This document shows, piece after piece, positions 27,304-32,000 of a stretch of 32,000 bases of DNA; position 1 is the stretch's first letter, and every line of letters begins with the position of its first letter. The position numbers were made by a program, and so were the translations under genes. The notes below the pieces were generated by a model, which was not told the origin of the DNA, did not search any database, and saw only the letters and a program-made list of their open reading frames with translations. Origin of the DNA: Hyperthermus butylicus DSM 5456 (GTDB lineage: Archaea > Thermoproteota > Thermoprotei_A > Sulfolobales > Pyrodictiaceae); contig NC_008818.1 of NCBI RefSeq assembly GCF_000015145.1, forward strand, positions 780,001 through 812,000. Reading direction: 5' to 3'.

Positions 27304-28094
27304 AGCACCCTAGGGGGAGGAGGCTCTACATAATCTTAGCATTTGCACTGGTAGCCGTAGCTGCGGCTAGGTATGCTGTGCTGGTGCATACTGCTAGTAG
27401 CTCGCTTGCAGGCTTCTTCGGCAACGGGTTCTGCGATCCGGGCAGCTGCGCCTTCTATATAGAAACCAAGGGCATACTGAAGAGCTTAGACATAAGATTC
27501 TCCAGTGAATGCGTTAAGGCCCATATGCCGGGCTATGGTGTCCCCGTGGACGAGTATCTCGAGGCAAAACTGTGGAGGCTAAATAGCAGCACCTACCGTA
27601 TCGTAGTCAAGACAACACCACACACATACCTGGACTACGTTGTGGAGACTAGTCCTTGCACGAGGCCCCGTGGCAATCCAGTTCAACTTGTCTATACCCG
27701 GGGGCTGATGGTGAGAGCTAGGACTGTTGCACCGGTAGAGCTCGAGGACGTCGTGCCCACCGCCTGGTACGCCTACACCATACTGGTGAGTTTTAATGGG
27801 AGCTGTAGCCTCAGCATAAAGCTGTACGCGTTCCAGGACCGTGTGGCGTGGGAGACTGTTCGCGAGGGACAGACCAACACTTCAACACTACTAGTGCCTG
27901 CTGGTGGCGCATTGGATGTGGAGGGTTATGGGCCAGAGTATACTAAGCTCGTGCTTGTAAACTACTCGGATACGAACTGCACAGCAACCGTTAGGGTCTA
28001 CCGCGTCCCCGCTGTAAAGGTTGGAGCAGTATTCGAGGACTATAATGTAACGCTCTCCCTGCCACTGCTTACAGGGCTCCCAGCTGGCAGATAG
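27300..28094 (+). CDS. Secreted or membrane-anchored hypothetical protein, third gene of the ABC ATPase module
   Basis: 264 aa; N-terminal TM (LYIILAFALVAVAAARYAVLV) and an extracytoplasmic domain with several Cys and N-glycosylation-like NXT/S sites; 4-nt overlap with the ATPase gene. Confidence 0.6.
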   Translation: MKHPRGRRLYIILAFALVAVAAARYAVLVHTASSSLAGFFGNGFCDPGSCAFYIETKGILKSLDIRFSSECVKAHMPGYGVPVDEYLEAKLWRLNSSTYRIVVKTTPHTYLDYVVETSPCTRPRGNPVQLVYTRGLMVRARTVAPVELEDVVPTAWYAYTILVSFNGSCSLSIKLYAFQDRVAWETVREGQTNTSTLLVPAGGALDVEGYGPEYTKLVLVNYSDTNCTATVRVYRVPAVKVGAVFEDYNVTLSLPLLTGLPAGR

Positions 28095-28101
28095 GCTTGA
28101 G

Positions 28102-28812
28102 CTAGTGGAGGCTGAGCCCGCCAAGCTTGTCCCCTAGGAGGCTTGCAGCGTAGCCTAGGGCTAGTCCGGCTGCTACATCTGCAACGTAGTGGTTTGCTGT
28201 GTAAACTGTGGCAAACGACATTGACGCTACCCAGGCCACTGCTACCAGGAGGGAGCGCCTCGAGCCCCCGTATAGTTTGACATAGTAGTAGCCAAAGATC
28301 ACCGCCATCCCAACATGCATGCTTGGCATTGCAGCATAGGGGTTAGGATCTATCCGAGCCCCCATAACAAGCTCAACCAGCTTTAGCACGAGGTTGGGAG
28401 GCCTCTCAATACATGGCAATGCTATCCAAGGCGGCGCCGTAGGTGATAGTACGTAGACAGTTATAGCTACAGCGCTCGCTACTAGGAATGCTGCTAGCAG
28501 CCTACGGAAAAGCTTGGGTTCGCGAAAGGCTAGGAGCACTGCGAAGGCGAAGAAGTAGACGGGGTGTAGGGCGTAGACTATGCCTGTATAGATGTCGAGT
28601 ACTAGGAGCCGGTGAAACTGAAAGTACACCGCGAGTGGAACCCCGAACAACGCAACTTCAAGGTCTACGTAGGGAGCGTAGACAGCATAGCTCTGGAGGC
28701 GGAACGCAATACCACGAGCCATCTCGTACCCGGCGTAGGCTAGGACGAATGGAACCATGTAGAGTAGTACGCGCAAATACGGTCTATCCAGCCGCAGCTT
28801 CCACATGTTCAC
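28102..28812 (-). CDS. PAP2-superfamily (inositol phosphorylceramide synthase-like) membrane protein
   Basis: 236 aa; NPYAAMPSMHVGMAVIFGYYY and YTANHYVADVAAGLALGYAASLL. Confidence 0.8.
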   Translation of the reverse strand: MNMWKLRLDRPYLRVLLYMVPFVLAYAGYEMARGIAFRLQSYAVYAPYVDLEVALFGVPLAVYFQFHRLLVLDIYTGIVYALHPVYFFAFAVLLAFREPKLFRRLLAAFLVASAVAITVYVLSPTAPPWIALPCIERPPNLVLKLVELVMGARIDPNPYAAMPSMHVGMAVIFGYYYVKLYGGSRRSLLVAVAWVASMSFATVYTANHYVADVAAGLALGYAASLLGDKLGGLSLH

Positions 28813-29882
28813 ACCAATCTCTTAGCACCACTAAGCTTGGAGGTGTCCAGGTAGCGCTGAGCCCTCTTCCACCGGGGCCCGAGGATGTTCCGGAGCCTTT
28901 CAAGGGTTAGCTCGCCCTTCTCTCTGAACTCAACTATCCTCCTAGCAGTCCTAGGCCCAATACCCGGAACCCTCAACAACTCTCTAAACTTCGCGGTGGT
29001 AGGATCCACCGGATACCACTCAGGATGAGCCCATGCAAGCCGATCCTTCAGCCTCGCCGTATCGGGAGGAATGTTTCCCTGCTCGTCCAGGAGCGGCTCA
29101 AAATCCCCCAGCTTGAATCCATACCTTGACAGCAGCATCCAGGCCTCGTAGAGCTGCCTAATCCTCCACATCGGCGTAGGCCTCCGTATCTTCTCGGCGA
29201 GCGGTGTTCCGGGCACGGGGGTATAGGGGCTGAAGTGCATAATGCCAACACCGCTTGCAGCGAGGCCCTCAGCGAGCCGTAGAATGTCGAGGTCGGATTC
29301 GCCACTAGCACCAACAACCAGCTGCGTGTCTACACGCTGCGGGCTACCTGCTACACGAGCAGCATAGAGGAGCTTACTGAGAAGGTCGAGGCTCCAGCTA
29401 CCCTTGCTCGGCGCTATCTCTGCAAACTGGGTAGGCGATGGAGCTTCAAGGTTTAGTCCGACACGGTCAGCGAGCCTCAAAGCTTCACGGATAAGACTCG
29501 GCGGAGTACCAGGCATGAGCCGTACATGAATGTAGCCGCTGTAGCCTCTCCTCCTAAGCTCCCAAACAACACTCAACAAGTCCTCAACAACACGCTCTGG
29601 ATCACCGTAGAAGCCGCTACTTAGAAACAAACCCCTCACGAGACCCCGACGGTAAGCCTCAAGGAAGACCCGAACCAGCCTTTCAAGTTTCCAAGCCTCG
29701 CGGCGAACACGACAAGTAGTAGAGAGTGGACAATAGCGACAGTCCATCCGGCAAGCACTACTCAACAACGTCTTGAATAACGGACCCCCCGTACTGCGAT
29801 ACACTGGGATTTCTACACGCTCGAAGCGCTCAGCACCCTCCACTAAAATGCTCGGACTGCGCCACTTCCAGCTCCAAGCCAC
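28809..29882 (-). CDS. Radical SAM protein with C-terminal HhH domain (TIGR03916-like putative DNA modification/repair family)
   Basis: FKTLLSSACRMDCRYCPLSTTC (CX3CX2C), LFLSSGFYGDPERV, HFSPYTPVPGTPL, and HhH FRELLRVPGIGPRTARRIVEFREKGELTLERL. Confidence 0.85.
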   Translation of the reverse strand: MAWSWKWRSPSILVEGAERFERVEIPVYRSTGGPLFKTLLSSACRMDCRYCPLSTTCRVRREAWKLERLVRVFLEAYRRGLVRGLFLSSGFYGDPERVVEDLLSVVWELRRRGYSGYIHVRLMPGTPPSLIREALRLADRVGLNLEAPSPTQFAEIAPSKGSWSLDLLSKLLYAARVAGSPQRVDTQLVVGASGESDLDILRLAEGLAASGVGIMHFSPYTPVPGTPLAEKIRRPTPMWRIRQLYEAWMLLSRYGFKLGDFEPLLDEQGNIPPDTARLKDRLAWAHPEWYPVDPTTAKFRELLRVPGIGPRTARRIVEFREKGELTLERLRNILGPRWKRAQRYLDTSKLSGAKRLV

Positions 29883-30180
29883 AAACTACCAGCCCAGCCC
29901 TATCCTCTACACGGGTGATACCAGGTATAGCCTTCCCGCCATGACGGTTTACCAGCACAGAATAGTGTGGGCCAAGATCTGGGTTGTAGCTTAAAGCCCA
30001 AGTTTTCTCCTTTGGAATATGGGCATCTCTTTTAGAGGCTCCTAGATACATCGCGGCGACGAGGACTAAACCTGCATCATCTACCTCGAGGCCACCAGCC
30101 TTGTGGGCTTCGAGTAAGTGATCACCGTTTGTGTAGACGGTTAGTTGGTCCGACACCCTATTCCAGCCTTGCACCATCAT
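29830..30180 (-). CDS. Possible hypothetical protein between thrB and the radical SAM gene
   Basis: 116 aa ORF that fills the gap and overlaps both neighbours slightly; no recognised motif. Confidence 0.25.
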   Translation of the reverse strand: MMVQGWNRVSDQLTVYTNGDHLLEAHKAGGLEVDDAGLVLVAAMYLGASKRDAHIPKEKTWALSYNPDLGPHYSVLVNRHGGKAIPGITRVEDRAGLVVCGLELEVAQSEHFSGGC

Positions 30181-31119
30181 AGTCCACGTCTACGACTCTA
30201 GCCTCCAGAGACCCCCAATACTTCTCTAGCACGGCTGAGACCCTTCTCATAACCTGGTCCTCCTCACCCTCCCTTACAACTGCGAAGAGGGTTGGTCCTG
30301 CGCCGCTTATGTTGAATGCTAGCGCGCCTGACTGGAGAGCCTCCTTCTTGGCTTCCCAATAGCCTGGAATCAGCTTTGCCCGTGTCGCCTCAATTGGACC
30401 TCCATAATTTATTGTCTTTATTGCTTCGTATGGATCTGCACCGCTGAGGCCGAGGGCTAATGCAACCGCCTTTTCTACCCATTCAACTGCATCGCTGTGC
30501 TCTATAGTTTCTGGGAGAACCTCCCTCATAACTTGTGTTTTAGCCTTTCCAGGCAACAGTCTTAACACCATTGTCTTCGGGATAAAGAGGACTATTCTCA
30601 TGCCTGGCGGTAGTCTTAGCCGTGCTATTCTCGGTTTTTTACGGTTTAGCAGAATGACCAAACCACCCAGTAGGCTGGCAGCAACGTTATCGTAGTGTGG
30701 TGCACCCGCTGTCAGCGCCTCAGCAAGGCCAGCAAATCGTACTAGCTCTATCGGCTCGAGAGGACTACCAAGGAGCGCGTTGATAGCGTACACCGTGGCT
30801 GCCGCTGTAGCACCACTACTCCCGAGACCCATGCCGGGCGGTATGCCCTTCTCAACAGTATACGTACATGAAGCTTCTCATCTAGATACTCTAGCAGTTT
30901 GCGGGCTGCCACGTATGCCGTGTTAGACTCACCACTAGGTGCACCAACAGCTTCAACTTCAACTCTCGGCTCTGAAGATTGTCTCCCAACAACTTCAACG
31001 GTGACTGTGTCGTATGCATAGCTCACAGCAAGTGCTGCAAGGTCGAAGAGTACGCCTAGATTAGCAATGCTTGATGGTGCTTTAACTCTCACCCTGGATA
31101 CTGTCATTGCAGTGCACAC
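30158..31119 (-). pseudogene. thrB: Homoserine kinase, split into two frames by an apparent single-nucleotide frameshift
   Basis: N-terminal ORF 30748..31119: VRVKAPSSIANLGVLFDLAALAVSYAYD...VHVRILL. C-terminal ORF 30158..30832 with GMGLGSSGATAAATVYAINALLG and AFNISGAGPTLFAV (GHMP motifs). Confidence 0.85.
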
Positions 31120-31226
31120 CTATGGTATGCTAGGCCTTACTCGCTACCGGTAATTTGAACCTTTCTTATGGAGTTAGCCGGGAGACCATATAGAGCCAGA
31201 GCCACTGTAGGGCAATGATTGTAGAT

Positions 31227-31245
31227 AGCATACTGCCCGTATGCT
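31227..31245. repeat. 7-bp inverted repeat in the thrB / PLP-enzyme divergent gap
   Basis: AGCATAC-tgccc-GTATGCT, upstream of a TATA-like CATAAAAAC at about 31261. Confidence 0.5.
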
Positions 31246-31308
31246 GACACGTGCTATCCTCATAAAAACATCTAGATAACCTATGCACCAGTGTAACCGG
31301 TGGCAGGC

Positions 31309-32000
31309 ATGAGTACAAGACGTGATAGCCGTGAAAAGGGCCCTACCACGAAGGTTATCCAGGCACTGTCTTCAGCTCTGGGCAGCGACCCCTATGCTCC
31401 AATAGTTACCCCGATATATCGTACCGCGCCATTCATGTTTCCTAGAGAAGATTCGCCAATGATACGTGGTAGGCCCTACAAGTACTCTAGGGAGGATAAC
31501 CCAACCATAGTTACCCTAGAGAAGGCTATTACGATTCTCGAGGAGGGCGAAGACACGCTTGTATTTAACACCGGGATGGCTGCAATCTCGACTCTATTAT
31601 TTGCATTACTTGGCCCTGGCGACCGTGTAGTAGCGACACGGGAAGCCTATGGATCGACACTACACCTCCTCAAGGAGCTGGAGAGGTGGGGCGTCAAAGT
31701 CGTCCTAGCAGGCCCGGACAGCGGGGATATCGCCTCCGAGGCTAGCAAGCCTGGAACGAAACTCGTGTTTGTCGAGACTATTACTAACCCACTTCTACAT
31801 GTTACGGATGTACCAGAGGTTGCCAAGGCTGCAAGAGAGTCGGGGGCCATACTCGTAGTGGACAATACTTTTGCAACGCCAATCCTCTTCCGGCCCCTAC
31901 GCCACGGAGCTACGCTTGTAGTACACAGTCTAACCAAGTACATGGCTGGCCACAACGATGTAATGGGTGGCTCGGTAACCGGGCCAGCCAGCATAGTGTC
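31309..32000 (+). CDS. Cys/Met-metabolism PLP-dependent enzyme (cystathionine gamma-synthase / gamma-lyase family), truncated at window end
   Basis: ATG at 31309; MSTRRDSREKGPTTKVIQALSSALGSDPYAPIVTPIYRTAPF...YSREDNPTIVTLEKAITILEEGEDTLVFNTGMAAIS...VVDNTFATPILFRPLRHGATLVVHSLTKYMAGHNDVMGG. Confidence 0.9.
   Translation, partial: MSTRRDSREKGPTTKVIQALSSALGSDPYAPIVTPIYRTAPFMFPREDSPMIRGRPYKYSREDNPTIVTLEKAITILEEGEDTLVFNTGMAAISTLLFALLGPGDRVVATREAYGSTLHLLKELERWGVKVVLAGPDSGDIASEASKPGTKLVFVETITNPLLHVTDVPEVAKAARESGAILVVDNTFATPILFRPLRHGATLVVHSLTKYMAGHNDVMGGSVTGPASIV

Noticed and set aside
28488-28910. 140-aa plus-strand ORF across the PAP2/radical SAM boundary
   Set aside because: Arg/Gly/Ser-rich, antisense to two conserved genes with motifs.
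1-32000. CRISPR array, tRNA or rRNA genes
   Set aside because: No regularly spaced direct repeats of 24-37 nt and no convincing T-arm/cloverleaf or rRNA core sequence seen by eye in the intergenic regions; a tRNAscan-SE/Infernal run would be decisive.

Overview
This looks like a chromosomal window from a hyperthermophilic crenarchaeon of the Desulfurococcales/Pyrodictiaceae type. That assignment is inferred from gene content and was not searched. Coding density is high. I saw no rRNA, tRNA, CRISPR array, transposase or integrase.

Main content, left to right: A-type ATP synthase subunit F (partial) divergent from subunit I; an endonuclease III-like Fe-S cluster-loop protein; a DUF401 membrane protein; an MFS transporter; a class II aldolase; a zinc-ribbon protein; thiL and an inositol-monophosphatase-family gene; DUF2797; the Cdv (ESCRT-type) division genes cdvA, cdvB and cdvC, with an inverted aldo/keto reductase between cdvB and cdvC; lplA followed by a radical-SAM-like protein; an FAD/NAD disulfide reductase; PAP2; a dihydropteroate synthase-like protein; a glycerophosphodiesterase; an ArsA/Get3 ATPase split over two frames; CstA; a three-gene ABC ATPase module with no recognisable permease; an IPC-synthase-like PAP2; a TIGR03916-like radical SAM protein with HhH; homoserine kinase split over two frames; and a partial Cys/Met-metabolism PLP enzyme.

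Most notable observations: (1) the broken and invaded cdv cluster with inverted repeats at the cdvA and cdvC promoters; (2) a radical-SAM-like protein whose CX3CX2C motif reads AX3CX2C while GGEP is retained; (3) three conserved genes in 8.2 kb, each restorable by adding one nucleotide; (4) an EndoIII-type [4Fe-4S] loop protein with a degenerate HhH; (5) an ABC ATPase flanked by two single-TM proteins of unknown function. I found no clearly new defence or mobile system.
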